This document shows positions 10,167-20,604 of a stretch of DNA of 64,000 bases, piece by piece. Under the pieces are notes generated by a model. It was not told the origin of the DNA, searched no databases, and worked only from the letters and a program-made list of their open reading frames with translations. Position 1 is the first letter of the stretch. Each line of letters starts with the position of its first letter. The stretch is taken from IMG/VR virus record IMGVR_UViG_3300040801_002879, positions 23,418 to 87,417 of that record. One strand, 5' to 3'. The stretch comes from a virus (lineage: Duplodnaviria; Heunggongvirae; Uroviricota; Caudoviricetes). The position numbers and the translations under genes are program-made.

Positions 10167-11159
10167 ATGGCAGAAAAAGCATTCAGTAGTTTTGACCCTT
10201 ATTCAGGGACACCCGCAGCAAACGACCTGTTTTTAATGACAGACGTTGACTTTACGGGGACTGAGAAAACGCATAATATTACATACAGTAATCTTATTTC
10301 TGGTTTACAACCAGCGTCTAGTGATTTATCTGGTTTAGCATCAGACTTGCCTTCTATTACAGGACTACTTTATTGGAATGGTGGGACAGAAGATGCCAGC
10401 CAGATTGTTGCTGGTGATGGTATTGTTATTGGAGCATCTGATATTTCAATAAATATAGCTGGTGATAGTGGTATTAGCATTACTGGTACTTCTCTAAAGA
10501 CAATTTCTTTGTCTAAGTTTGGACTTGGAGCGTTAGGAGACCCTACAAGCGAAAGTCTTTTACTAATATCATCTTTAGGTCTTTCTAGTTTTCTTGAAGC
10601 AGGCTCTGGTATTTCATTTTCTGGTGGAAGTATTTCTCTTAGCAAGTTGGGACTAGAAACCCTTTCAGACCCTAATGCTGATAGAATTATGTTTTGGGAT
10701 GATAGTGAGGATTCTTTAAAATGGCTAACGATTGGCGCAGACGCAGGATTAGCCATAAATAGTAGTGGTCAATTAGTTCATGCTCCTGAGCCTGTTGTTG
10801 TTTCTCTTAGAGCAGTTGAAGGAACAACAGACCTAGAAGCTGGTGTAGCAACTTATTGGACAGTGCCAGAAGAATTAAACTTAGCAACTATTTCTAATGT
10901 GGATATTGCTTTTGTTAATCTTAGTGGTAGTGCGACAGTAGCAGTTGATAGAGCACCAAAAGGAACGCCAACCAACTTTGCTAATATACTTACTCAAAAT
11001 CCTATTGTTACTTCTGGTTATAGTACGTTTGAAACAGGACAAACGAGAGGTACGAGTAGTAGTACTTTGGCTACAGGGGATAGACTAAGAATTACACTAT
11101 CAGGATTAAGCACCACAGCACCTCAAGGCTTAGATGTTATTTTTGGATTAGAGGTCTAA
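10167..11159 (+). CDS. Hypothetical tail fibre-associated protein
   Basis: It is 330 aa and Ser/Gly/Thr-rich, with an internal SLSKFGLGALGDPTSESLL / SLSKLGLETLSDPNADRIM repeat. It is followed by an ATGA overlap into the next fibre gene. Confidence 0.55.
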   Translation: MAEKAFSSFDPYSGTPAANDLFLMTDVDFTGTEKTHNITYSNLISGLQPASSDLSGLASDLPSITGLLYWNGGTEDASQIVAGDGIVIGASDISINIAGDSGISITGTSLKTISLSKFGLGALGDPTSESLLLISSLGLSSFLEAGSGISFSGGSISLSKLGLETLSDPNADRIMFWDDSEDSLKWLTIGADAGLAINSSGQLVHAPEPVVVSLRAVEGTTDLEAGVATYWTVPEELNLATISNVDIAFVNLSGSATVAVDRAPKGTPTNFANILTQNPIVTSGYSTFETGQTRGTSSSTLATGDRLRITLSGLSTTAPQGLDVIFGLEV

Positions 11160-12421
11160 TGAGAGTAATATGTGTTAGTGGCTCAAAGCCACCTGTTTCT
11201 CAAATACTTATGCCACAAGACGTAATTGTTCTATGGGCATCGGCTACTATTCCCGATGGGTGGGAAGCATTTTCTAGTGCACAGGGAAAGTTTATAAAAG
11301 GAGCAGGTGCGGGACAGATAGACTTAACAGGTGCTGGTAGTTTGACACATGCTCATACAACAAGCTTAACAAATTCTTCTGGAAGTCATGCTCACTTGCT
11401 AGACCCAAATATGAATAGTGCTTCTGGAAGTACAAATTTTTATACAGGTGGTTCTGGTGACACTGCTGCTGCAGGACATGGACACTCTCCTGGCAACTTT
11501 GATTCTGGAACTGGTGGCTCACATCAACATACGCTTTCTAATACTAATTCTGCTAGTAATTTACCGCCTTATAAAAAACTTTTGTGGATACGTTCTACAC
11601 AAGCTGATGTTGTATTGCCTATAAATGCTTTATTCTTCTATCCCTCAAGCACTGCTCCAACAGGATTTCAAAAATATGGCTCTATAACAGATGGTAGTTT
11701 TATTTATGGTGCTACTACAGGAGATATTGGTGGTACTGGAGGGGCATCTTCCCATACGCATACTAATCCTGATTCTGGTAGTAATGGTGCACATACCCAT
11801 CCTAGTGCTTCTACATCTTCTGGTTGGAATAGTAGTAATGGACCAGACGCAAATACATTTGGAGATGCAACAGTTTCTGCAAGGCACTCTCATAATTTTT
11901 CAGCCGATTTAACCAGTGCAGGAGCACATACACATACAATTGGTGCTACAGGTTCAGGAAGTAATTTACCCTCTTATGTTAACTTAGCATTAGTTGAATA
12001 CTTAAATGGTGAGAGTCTTCCTGCTAATTTAATTGTAGGTTTTTCTGGTAGCTCAGGTTCAATTCCTTCTGGATGGGCTCTTTGTGATGGGAATGGGACC
12101 ACAAATCTTGTTGATAAATATATAAGAGTGGTTACAGGAACGACAGGGGGTATTGGTGGAACAACAACACATAATCATACCATGCCAAATACAAATACAA
12201 CAGGGTCGCATAGTAATCATGGTGTAAATACAAGTGTAAGTAGTGCTGGCGGGGTGTCTGCGGTTGCTGGCAGTGGCTGGAGTGCCGCTTCTCCTTCGCA
12301 TAGTCATGGTTCATCAGCAGCGGTATATTCATCAGGAAGTCACGCCCATTCAAATCCTGATACAGGGTCATCAAACCATGAGCCCCCATATATTAAACTT
12401 TATTTTATTCAAAAGACATAG
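11159..12421 (+). CDS. Tail fibre protein with three His-rich collar-like (MdpB/phage tail collar-like) repeats
   Basis: Three repeats end in NLPPYKKLLWI, NLPSYVNLALVEYL and NHEPPYIKLYFI. They are rich in HxH/HTH motifs and G/S/T, a pattern typical of tail-collar domain fibres. Confidence 0.6.
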   Translation: MRVICVSGSKPPVSQILMPQDVIVLWASATIPDGWEAFSSAQGKFIKGAGAGQIDLTGAGSLTHAHTTSLTNSSGSHAHLLDPNMNSASGSTNFYTGGSGDTAAAGHGHSPGNFDSGTGGSHQHTLSNTNSASNLPPYKKLLWIRSTQADVVLPINALFFYPSSTAPTGFQKYGSITDGSFIYGATTGDIGGTGGASSHTHTNPDSGSNGAHTHPSASTSSGWNSSNGPDANTFGDATVSARHSHNFSADLTSAGAHTHTIGATGSGSNLPSYVNLALVEYLNGESLPANLIVGFSGSSGSIPSGWALCDGNGTTNLVDKYIRVVTGTTGGIGGTTTHNHTMPNTNTTGSHSNHGVNTSVSSAGGVSAVAGSGWSAASPSHSHGSSAAVYSSGSHAHSNPDTGSSNHEPPYIKLYFIQKT

Positions 12422-12441
12422 TGAGAAAAGGATTGTAGAGA

Positions 12442-12663
12442 ATGATGAAACAAAAATTGACAAAAGGACAAATCTTATCGTTAAGAGCTTTGGCAGAAAA
12501 ACGAGAACAGGTGATAAGTGTTCTTAAAGAATTAGCCGAAGCAGAACAAGACCAACTACATATGTTGGTGAAATTTTATGATTTGCCAGAAGACAAAGAG
12601 TATACAGTTACTCAAGAGGGAGACGAAGTTTTCCTTGTTGAAAAACCTGTAAAATCGGAGTAG
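12442..12663 (+). CDS. Hypothetical small protein
   Basis: It is 73 aa and charged, with an RBS-like GAGAATG context, and lies in the structural operon. Confidence 0.45.
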   Translation: MMKQKLTKGQILSLRALAEKREQVISVLKELAEAEQDQLHMLVKFYDLPEDKEYTVTQEGDEVFLVEKPVKSE

Positions 12664-12679
12664 TAAAAGGAGATAAATA

Positions 12680-13042
12680 ATGGCACTAATAACTGATAAC
12701 GCTTTTGATGCTGCACTAAGCTACATTAGCACGAATGGTACTGAGTTGCACATTCTTAGCCAAGCACCCGCATCTTTCGCTGATGTTGGTACATATACGT
12801 TGGGTAATGCAGTCCCAAGCTATACTGGACCTGCCAATGGTGATGCAAGTGGGCGTAAAATTACGGTAGACGCTATCTCAAGCGGTAGTGTTACTGGTGA
12901 TGGTACAGCTTCACACGTTGCTATTACTGATGGTGTGGGCGAGCTTATTGCATGGCAAGCTCTTGCTTCCTCACAAGCAGTTACCAATGGTAACACATTC
13001 AGCTTGACAGCATTTGACATCGAATTACCAGACCCCGCATAA
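12680..13042 (+). CDS. Hypothetical structural protein
   Basis: It is 120 aa, preceded by AAGGAGATAAATAATG. Confidence 0.5.
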   Translation: MALITDNAFDAALSYISTNGTELHILSQAPASFADVGTYTLGNAVPSYTGPANGDASGRKITVDAISSGSVTGDGTASHVAITDGVGELIAWQALASSQAVTNGNTFSLTAFDIELPDPA

Positions 13043-13123
13043 AGTAGGGTAAACTAATATGAATATGGCGAAGTACACCATATTATAATGTGGTGTATTT
13101 TGTCGTATCTATAGGAGATATTT

Positions 13124-16100
13124 TTGGCTCAGTTTGCTAGACCTAACTCTGATATAACAGTAGGTTCTTGGACCCCAAATACGGGTACTACGCTTTTTGG
13201 CGTTCTGGATGAAGCAACGCCCTCTGATGCCGATTATATTTCTTCTTCTCCTAATAGTAGCACTGCTGGTAGGGTAGGATTATCAAGTCTAAATGCTCCT
13301 TCTTTAGATACAGGGCATATTCTAAGACTTAGGGCAAGAAGCGGAAGACGTGGCACTGCTGTAATGAATTTCATGCTGTATCAGGGTACTACTTTGATAC
13401 ACGACTCTGGTGCAATTACACTAACCTCAACTGCCTACGGTGATTTTAATTTTACTCTTACGGAAGCAGAAGCTCAAAACATTACGGACTATACTAATTT
13501 GCAAGTTGAGCTTGATATTGCAAGCCCAGGCTCAGGTGAGTATGGTGAAATTTCTTGGGTTGAATTAGAAGTACCCGATGCTGTAGTATCAGATGATTTG
13601 ACTTCTCAGGATATTACTAGTGGTACACCTACGCTAGACTCCCCTACACTATCTCAAATACATTCACTATCTTCTCAAGAAATTACTTCTACTACTCCTA
13701 CGTTAGAACAAGCAAGTGTTAGTCAAGTTAGTGTGCTTACTGCACAAGAAATAAATTCAGGTATTCCTTTAATAGGGACTGCTACTCTTAGTGAGATTGC
13801 TGTTCTTACTCCTTTTTATATTAATTTCGGGAAAGGTAATGCCGAAGTTACTGGTATTACAGAAGTAGAAGTTGAGAATGGTATTTATAAAAGGGTATCA
13901 GATTATAATAATAGACCAAGATATATACTTAATGATAGTATTATTTATTATGAAGTTTTAGTAACACAAGAGACTTTCTACTGGCATATAGCTCAAATAA
14001 GTAGCGGTAAAATTTTATACAATTCTTTTGACGATAGTCTTACGCCTTTTGGACTTGCTTATGAACCAGCTCAAGGGTCAGGCGTACCAGAAGTTCAGGC
14101 TACGTCTGGTTCTATTCCTACGATTGATTCTTCAACACTCAGTATTGCTGCGGGGGTAGATAATCTTACCTCACAAGATATTTATGCTAGCGAGCCAGTG
14201 GTCGAGAGTCCTACTTTTTCACAAAAACATTCTTTGTCTACACAAGAAATAGTTTCTGGTACTCCTGCTATTCAACAAGCTAATATAAGTGTTTTAATTG
14301 GGCTTACTGCTCAAGATATTACGAGTGGTGCTCCTACTTTTGATGATATTTTAATATCCCAAGACCATGAGTTTAGTTCTCAAGGCATTTTAGGTGGTGC
14401 GCCTACCTTAGACCTATCTATATTGGCGCAAGCGCATATTCTTTCTATAAATGACCTACTAAGTACAGTCCCAACCCTAGCATCTTCAACGCTGTCACAA
14501 GACCACTCTCTTACTTCACAAGAGATTACTGCTGGTATACCTACAGTAGAATCACCTGATTTATCAGAAACAAATCAATTAGATTCCCAAGAAATTATTA
14601 CAACGATTGCCATTGAGCAATCCGACATATCACAAAATCATTCTCTTAGCGCACAAGAGATTACTTCTGGCGTGTCTACGATTGAATCTCCTTCAATCTC
14701 ACAACTCCACGACCTCGGCAGTAGTGAAATTACTTCTGGCGTTCCTACTGTCGAGAGTCCTATTCTTTCTCAATTACATAATCTAAATAGTTTAGAGATA
14801 AGCTCGCAAATACCAGAGATTAGCTTACCAACTCTTTCTCAAATTCATTCTCTGACTTCCCAAGAGCTTCTAAGCCAAATACAGGTAGATACGAGTGTTA
14901 TCAGTCAAGCTCATTCTTTAGATAGCTTAGAAATTACTTCTAGTCCAAATTTAGACCTAAGCACTCTTTCACAAGACCATAGTTTAGCTACAAGCGATGT
15001 TGTTAGCACACCTAGTATTGATTTTGCTAGTCTTTCAGAATCTAATGCTTTTATTGTAAATGATACAAGTTCTGGCACGCCTACAATTGATAATCCATCA
15101 CTAACTCAAAATCATGCCCTAACGTCTCTAGGCGTTTTAAGCCAAGTAGATATACAAACATCCTCAATAGAGCAGGTACATGCCTTAGAGAGCCAGCAAA
15201 TCGTTTCTAGCCCTATCGTAGAGTTTTCTTCACTATCAGAATCTAATGAATTTGGTGTTTTAGACCTTACAAGCACTGCTACATTCGAACAACCTTCTTT
15301 AGAGCAGGTTCACGAATTATCTTCACAAGAAATAAGCATAGGCACAACAGTTGAACAACCTAGCTTATCTCAAATTCATGGTCTAAGCTCTCAACCAATA
15401 CAGTCACAAATTGTTATAGATAGTCCAGATATATTAGAGGCAAATACTCTGATTGTATTAGATATTGTTTCTATTTCAACAATAGAGCAGTCTGCTATTA
15501 CACAAACCCATGAATTATCTAATAACGATATAGAAATTCAGTCTATTATCGAGCAGTCCAGCTTATCCCAAAATCATGCTCTTACTTCTCAAGAATTAGT
15601 AAGTACTGTTATAATTGAAAGTCCTACTGCATCAGAAGCAAGTCATAATTTGACAGCAAATGATATAGTAGGGTCAATTCCAGAGCTAGAAAGCCCTGTT
15701 TTTGAGCAAAATCATGTTCTAAATTTGCTTGAAATTGAATCTCAGATAGACGTAGAGCAACCATCTATAGCACAAGAACACTCGTTAACATCTTCTGATA
15801 TTCAAGGTGTTGTAACAATTGAACAACCGCTTCTAGCAGGCTCTCATGCACTAGGGTCACAAGATATAGCAATAATTCCTACTATTGAATCTCCTAACCT
15901 TTCTCAAGCTCATGCTTTATCTATCGAAGATATTGTAAGTCAAACAACAATTGATTCTCCTGCGCTATCTCAAAACCACGAGCTAGTTTCACAAGACCTT
16001 TCTAGCCAGATTATTATAGAGCAAGCTTCTACCAGCGAGACAACGGATAACCTAACTGCTCAAGATATTTTATCTGGTACGCCTGAGATTGCTCAGTCCA

Positions 16101-16492
16101 TATTTGGACAAGACCATGAATTAGGAAGCAGTGATTTAGTAGGGTTTGCTCCTATAATAAGTTCTCCAACCCTAGCGCAAGAACATAATCTACATCCTTC
16201 TGATATTTCTATTGAAACTTCCATAGAAGAAACTCAATTATCTCAAGAACATTTGCTTGTTGCTCAGGGCATAAGCAGTCAAACAATTGTAGATAATGTA
16301 TCTCTTGACCTTGAAATAACAACACCACAAGAGAGATTACAAAAGATAATCGAAGAAAACCGCGTTGTTGAAGTTGATTTTGAGGATAGATTTGTAACTG
16401 TCTTAGCAGAAAATAGAATGGTAGAAATTGAATTTGAGGATAGGTTTATTACAATATTACCAGAAAACAGGTTTGTAAAAGTAGAGGAATAA
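13124..16492 (+). CDS. Giant repeat-containing fibre/adhesin-like protein (paralogue A)
   Basis: It is 1122 aa. The N-terminal domain of about 150 aa (MAQFARPNSDI...) is followed by about 45 imperfect 19-aa tandem repeats (consensus approximately PTLSQIHSLSSQEITSGTP). A C-terminal triple ENRVVEVDFEDRF repeat follows. Confidence 0.7.
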   Translation: MAQFARPNSDITVGSWTPNTGTTLFGVLDEATPSDADYISSSPNSSTAGRVGLSSLNAPSLDTGHILRLRARSGRRGTAVMNFMLYQGTTLIHDSGAITLTSTAYGDFNFTLTEAEAQNITDYTNLQVELDIASPGSGEYGEISWVELEVPDAVVSDDLTSQDITSGTPTLDSPTLSQIHSLSSQEITSTTPTLEQASVSQVSVLTAQEINSGIPLIGTATLSEIAVLTPFYINFGKGNAEVTGITEVEVENGIYKRVSDYNNRPRYILNDSIIYYEVLVTQETFYWHIAQISSGKILYNSFDDSLTPFGLAYEPAQGSGVPEVQATSGSIPTIDSSTLSIAAGVDNLTSQDIYASEPVVESPTFSQKHSLSTQEIVSGTPAIQQANISVLIGLTAQDITSGAPTFDDILISQDHEFSSQGILGGAPTLDLSILAQAHILSINDLLSTVPTLASSTLSQDHSLTSQEITAGIPTVESPDLSETNQLDSQEIITTIAIEQSDISQNHSLSAQEITSGVSTIESPSISQLHDLGSSEITSGVPTVESPILSQLHNLNSLEISSQIPEISLPTLSQIHSLTSQELLSQIQVDTSVISQAHSLDSLEITSSPNLDLSTLSQDHSLATSDVVSTPSIDFASLSESNAFIVNDTSSGTPTIDNPSLTQNHALTSLGVLSQVDIQTSSIEQVHALESQQIVSSPIVEFSSLSESNEFGVLDLTSTATFEQPSLEQVHELSSQEISIGTTVEQPSLSQIHGLSSQPIQSQIVIDSPDILEANTLIVLDIVSISTIEQSAITQTHELSNNDIEIQSIIEQSSLSQNHALTSQELVSTVIIESPTASEASHNLTANDIVGSIPELESPVFEQNHVLNLLEIESQIDVEQPSIAQEHSLTSSDIQGVVTIEQPLLAGSHALGSQDIAIIPTIESPNLSQAHALSIEDIVSQTTIDSPALSQNHELVSQDLSSQIIIEQASTSETTDNLTAQDILSGTPEIAQSIFGQDHELGSSDLVGFAPIISSPTLAQEHNLHPSDISIETSIEETQLSQEHLLVAQGISSQTIVDNVSLDLEITTPQERLQKIIEENRVVEVDFEDRFVTVLAENRMVEIEFEDRFITILPENRFVKVEE
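13600..16310 (+). repeat. Array of about 57-bp imperfect tandem repeats inside CDS 13124..16492
   Basis: The periodicity is visible in both DNA and protein (SQxHxLxSQEIxSGxPTxE). Units are diverged at many positions. Confidence 0.7.
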
Positions 16493-16493
16493 T

Positions 16494-16787
16494 ATGATAT
16501 TAGAAAATAACCAAAGAATAAAAAGTTTAGGTGCTGATTTAGATTTTGGCTTTGATTTTACCGATTGGCTTGCGGAAGGTGAATCTATTGTGTCCCATGA
16601 GGTTGTATATGTAGATGATGCTTTAACCATTACAGATGATATGATTGTAGATGGTTTTGTGATTTTCTATGTGAGTGGTGGGGAGCTTGGTAGATGGCAT
16701 GACATTAGAATTAGGATTACTACAGATGCAACGCCTAAAGCTAGAATTGAAGAAGCAACTATGGAAATTTATGTGACACAAAAATAA
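16494..16787 (+). CDS. Hypothetical protein between the two paralogues (possible fibre assembly/chaperone)
   Basis: It is 97 aa and acidic. It starts one codon after the upstream stop. Confidence 0.5.
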   Translation: MILENNQRIKSLGADLDFGFDFTDWLAEGESIVSHEVVYVDDALTITDDMIVDGFVIFYVSGGELGRWHDIRIRITTDATPKARIEEATMEIYVTQK

Positions 16788-16817
16788 GATTTACGCCAAG
16801 AGTAGAGAGGTTAGATA

Positions 16818-19800
16818 ATGGCGCAGTTTGCGAGACCTAATTCAGATATAGCAATTAACGGTTGGACCACAACTCCGTTATATGCACAAATAGATGAGGC
16901 AACAGCTTCCGATACCGATTTTATCGAAAATAATGCGGTATCATATGCTGAGGTATCTCTCAATACTGTTAGTGACCCTAATCTTTCTTCGGGGCACGTT
17001 GTTCGCTATAGATATGGGCGTAGCGCAACAAACCGAACACTTACCCTTGTTGTTAGACTCATGCAAGGCTCTACCGAAATTGCCTCATGGACACATGTAG
17101 ACCCTTCTCAATCTTTTGTTTTAGCAGAACAAACTCTCACAACAACCGAAGCTGATTCAATTACAGATTATTCTAATCTTCGCTTACGTTTTGATATTAC
17201 TGCTATACAAAATAGCCAAACTTCAGGACAGGTTTCTTGGGCTGAGCTAGAAGTACCTGACCCCCCACCAAATAGTGCTTTAACTTCTCAAGAGATTACA
17301 ACAGGAACTCCTACAGTAGACCAGCCTACGCTTACTGAGACAAACATCCTCACTTCTCAAGGCATAAGTAGTACGGTTATTGTTGAACAAATCTCTTTAT
17401 CCCAAATACACATTTTAGGTTCTCAAGAATTATCTAGCACGATTCTTTTAGAACAAAGTAGTATTGGATTAGCTTATCTCCTAGACTCTCAAGAAATTAT
17501 AACAGGCACTCCCTCAATTGGTGCTTCTGAGCCAGCAGCATGGGCAGAATTTGTAGGACAAGAGATTCTTTCTCAGGTTGTTTTTGACTCTCCAACAATT
17601 TCGCAGATACATGAGTTAGTAGCAAATGATTTATCTTCTACGGTTACTGTAGGTAGTCCTGTAGGTGCTTTACCTGCTGAGGACATCTCTTCTCAAGTAA
17701 TAATAGAAACTCCTAGTATTTCTCAACACCACTCTTTAGAAGCTAATAATATTGTTTCACAGGCTGTTATTGAGGGAATGAACGCCTTTAATCCAGAGGA
17801 TATTTTCTTTATTCCTGACCTAGTAAGCTCTATTGAAATAGATGCTCCATCCATATTTGGACTAATTGATTCTCAACAAATCTCGGCAATTGAAGAAGAG
17901 GAAAGCAGTGGTACGGTAGCCTTATTAGACGGGGCAGTGTTAGGGCGTTCTGCTCTTGGGCAAAATGATATAAGCTTTCAAACACCTGCTTTTCTGAATA
18001 CGCCTTATATTATAGTATCTACGCCTAATGGATTTGAAACAGAGATAGATATTTCGTTACAGTCGGGTGCGTTTGGCGAAAACATAACTTGGGGCATAGA
18101 CGAACAATCAGGATGTGGTACTGCTTATTTTGGTGATGACCCTACGACATGGGGTGAAGAGACACAAGGACAATTTACAAACACATTATACTTTACGCCT
18201 TCGGCAACATGGAATCCCCCATACAGAATAAATATTTTTGTTACCGATGGCAATTATACAATTAGAACGAGTGTATTTATATACTTTGCAGGGGCATTGA
18301 CAATGCTAGCGGAGGTTTCGATGGATGATTATGAGATTTTCTTAGCGGATAGAGAATTTAATCTAGGCGCACAAATAGACAACTTTGTGGATGCAACTTT
18401 TGTTGTCAAATACAATGATGTTGGTACTTTTTCTATTTCAATGGATATAGAAGATGTTACCGACTTTGAGGGTAAGGTAAGGGCGGGTTGGGGAGAGCCT
18501 GATACAGGTACTTATGGCAATATTATACTAACTCGAAATGCTCAGCCTATCTTTTGGGGAATTGTTAAAGAATTTGAAAGAGAATGGGATGTTGATAAAG
18601 ACCTGCTTGTTATGAAGGGTGAGGACACCATGAGTCATTTGAAAGCTCGTCTAGCCTTGCCTAAGACAGACAGAGTTACAGAAACAAATGATGATGGTGA
18701 GGTTGTTCCTATCTATTCTTCAAGCATTTATCATGTTATCCCTTATCCTACAATCAGTGCAGTTTCAATAAGCTCTGGCAATCCTAATTCAGCTTCTGAT
18801 ATTGAAAATGTGGCTGCCGCTGGTGCGTCTGTAAGTAATGCAACGAGAGAATATCGAGTATGGATTGTTGAAAAAGGGGAAGATGGCGGTCCAGATAAGT
18901 TTGCTTGGAAAGAGATAAGCAGTGGAAACGCTGATGTAGACGGTATAAAGATTACTGGAAAAGCACAATCTATAGATAATGCGGTTGTGAGTATACAATT
19001 TGCTTCTATAGACGGTCATGCTCTTGGTAGTTTTAGTTCAAATTACTGGACATTTACTTTTAAGCAATCGAATATGTTTGCTGAGCAGGTTATTAAAGAG
19101 TATGTTAAAAAGAATATTGGTAGTGAGGCATTACCATTCAGACAAATTAGTGGTCTGGAAGTAGAGCCTTTACATACTCCTGTTTTGGGCAACTATGCTA
19201 GAGGTAGGGCAAGATTTGATATTTTACTAGAGTTTTTACAAAATATAGCTTTGCCTAATCTTCGTGAAGCAGAAGAAGATAGAAAACCAATTCATTTCTA
19301 TATGGATGGTCTCACTTTTAGAACAAGAGAAATAGCAGATTTAACGGATAGTGTAAAACTAAGTAAGAACTTAAACACTATGAGACGTTTCAAATACAAT
19401 GCTAAAGCTTCTACAGGAAACTATCTGTATGTTGGTGGTAAAGGTGAGGAAGGCGAGAGAGAGTTTATTGAGTGGGCTAACGATGAAGGAAGCATACCTA
19501 AATATGGTTTAATTGAGCGATTTGTAGATGCAAACGGTGGTGAAACTATTACAGACTTGTATGCGACTGCTATCGAGGAATTGGTAAAAACACAAGATAA
19601 TACTGTATTGGAAGTAGAGCCAATAGATAAGCCTTTTATGACTATTATTGATGATTATTGGGTTGGCGATAAGGTCACTGCGATTGTAGATGGTAGTGAG
19701 TTTCAGGAAATAATAAGAGAAGCTACTATAAAAATCAATGCGAATGAGGGAGCAGTAATTACTCCCGTACTTGGAACACCTGATACTCGAAGAAAAGAAT

Positions 19801-19865
19801 TATTAACATTATTCAAGACGGTACGAAAAATAGACTCACGTTTGAGTGGGTTCGAAAGGAGATAA
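16818..19865 (+). CDS. Fibre/host-specificity protein (paralogue B) with a distinct globular C-terminal domain
   Basis: Its N-terminus matches 13124..16492 (MAQFARPNSDI, SWxELEVPD). A shorter run of the same 19-aa repeats is followed by a roughly 650-aa non-repetitive domain. Confidence 0.7.
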   Translation: MAQFARPNSDIAINGWTTTPLYAQIDEATASDTDFIENNAVSYAEVSLNTVSDPNLSSGHVVRYRYGRSATNRTLTLVVRLMQGSTEIASWTHVDPSQSFVLAEQTLTTTEADSITDYSNLRLRFDITAIQNSQTSGQVSWAELEVPDPPPNSALTSQEITTGTPTVDQPTLTETNILTSQGISSTVIVEQISLSQIHILGSQELSSTILLEQSSIGLAYLLDSQEIITGTPSIGASEPAAWAEFVGQEILSQVVFDSPTISQIHELVANDLSSTVTVGSPVGALPAEDISSQVIIETPSISQHHSLEANNIVSQAVIEGMNAFNPEDIFFIPDLVSSIEIDAPSIFGLIDSQQISAIEEEESSGTVALLDGAVLGRSALGQNDISFQTPAFLNTPYIIVSTPNGFETEIDISLQSGAFGENITWGIDEQSGCGTAYFGDDPTTWGEETQGQFTNTLYFTPSATWNPPYRINIFVTDGNYTIRTSVFIYFAGALTMLAEVSMDDYEIFLADREFNLGAQIDNFVDATFVVKYNDVGTFSISMDIEDVTDFEGKVRAGWGEPDTGTYGNIILTRNAQPIFWGIVKEFEREWDVDKDLLVMKGEDTMSHLKARLALPKTDRVTETNDDGEVVPIYSSSIYHVIPYPTISAVSISSGNPNSASDIENVAAAGASVSNATREYRVWIVEKGEDGGPDKFAWKEISSGNADVDGIKITGKAQSIDNAVVSIQFASIDGHALGSFSSNYWTFTFKQSNMFAEQVIKEYVKKNIGSEALPFRQISGLEVEPLHTPVLGNYARGRARFDILLEFLQNIALPNLREAEEDRKPIHFYMDGLTFRTREIADLTDSVKLSKNLNTMRRFKYNAKASTGNYLYVGGKGEEGEREFIEWANDEGSIPKYGLIERFVDANGGETITDLYATAIEELVKTQDNTVLEVEPIDKPFMTIIDDYWVGDKVTAIVDGSEFQEIIREATIKINANEGAVITPVLGTPDTRRKELLTLFKTVRKIDSRLSGFERR

Positions 19866-19871
19866 AATATT

Positions 19872-20603
19872 ATGGCAGGAACTTCATATCCCTTTGCTGG
19901 TGATGCACTTAGTCCTATTGAATGGTCTCAAATGGCTAGACTTTGGCAACGGAGCGGTGTTGTGGCAGGTCAAGGGTCTGAGCTAGTAGTTACGGTATCT
20001 GGTGATGCTATTGTCGGTAGTGGTGCACTTTGGCTAAATGGATTTCTTTATCAGAGTGGGTCTACTCAAAGTGTGTCCTTGATTGGTGGGGCAACCACTT
20101 ATATTAATGCAAAAGTCGACTCTAACCCAACAAGTATAGATTTTATAGGCGAATCTTCTCCCGCACCTTCAAACAGTAAAGAAAAAATAACCATCGCTTC
20201 TGTCTCATCGGCAGGAGTTGTAACAGATTTAAGAGCTTATGCAGGAGAAACCTACTTACCACTTATTCTAGGTAATGGCGCAACAGCGATTCCTGTAGGC
20301 AAGTCTAAAGTAGGTATTCCTATCCCTTATGATGCTATGATTAAAGGTTGGAGTATTTATGGGGATGTAGCAGGACAGGTTTCTGTGCAGGTTCAAACTG
20401 CTACTTATGATAATTGGACAGCTACAGCAGGTACAACATTATTTACTGCTTCTGTTAATGCTGGTAGTATTAAAAATTATGGAAGGGTAAATCATACGAT
20501 TAGAAGGGGTGTTCTTATCAGACCTAATGTAACCTCTGTTAGTACGATGACTCAGGCAGTTCTAACGCTTGCTTTAGCTCCTATCTTGGTAACAGGAGCG
20601 TAA
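19872..20603 (+). CDS. Hypothetical structural protein
   Basis: It is 243 aa and tightly coupled to neighbouring genes. Confidence 0.55.
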   Translation: MAGTSYPFAGDALSPIEWSQMARLWQRSGVVAGQGSELVVTVSGDAIVGSGALWLNGFLYQSGSTQSVSLIGGATTYINAKVDSNPTSIDFIGESSPAPSNSKEKITIASVSSAGVVTDLRAYAGETYLPLILGNGATAIPVGKSKVGIPIPYDAMIKGWSIYGDVAGQVSVQVQTATYDNWTATAGTTLFTASVNAGSIKNYGRVNHTIRRGVLIRPNVTSVSTMTQAVLTLALAPILVTGA

Positions 20604-20604
20604 T

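Noticed and set aside
11292-12527. Seven short ORFs overlapping the His-rich fibre gene on both strands (11292..11522, 11418..11624, 11645..11893, 11691..11912, 12059..12307, 12132..12389, 12243..12527)
   Set aside because: All are embedded in or overlap a well-supported CDS and are rich in Cys/His/Leu repeats, as expected from translating a repeat-rich gene in wrong frames.
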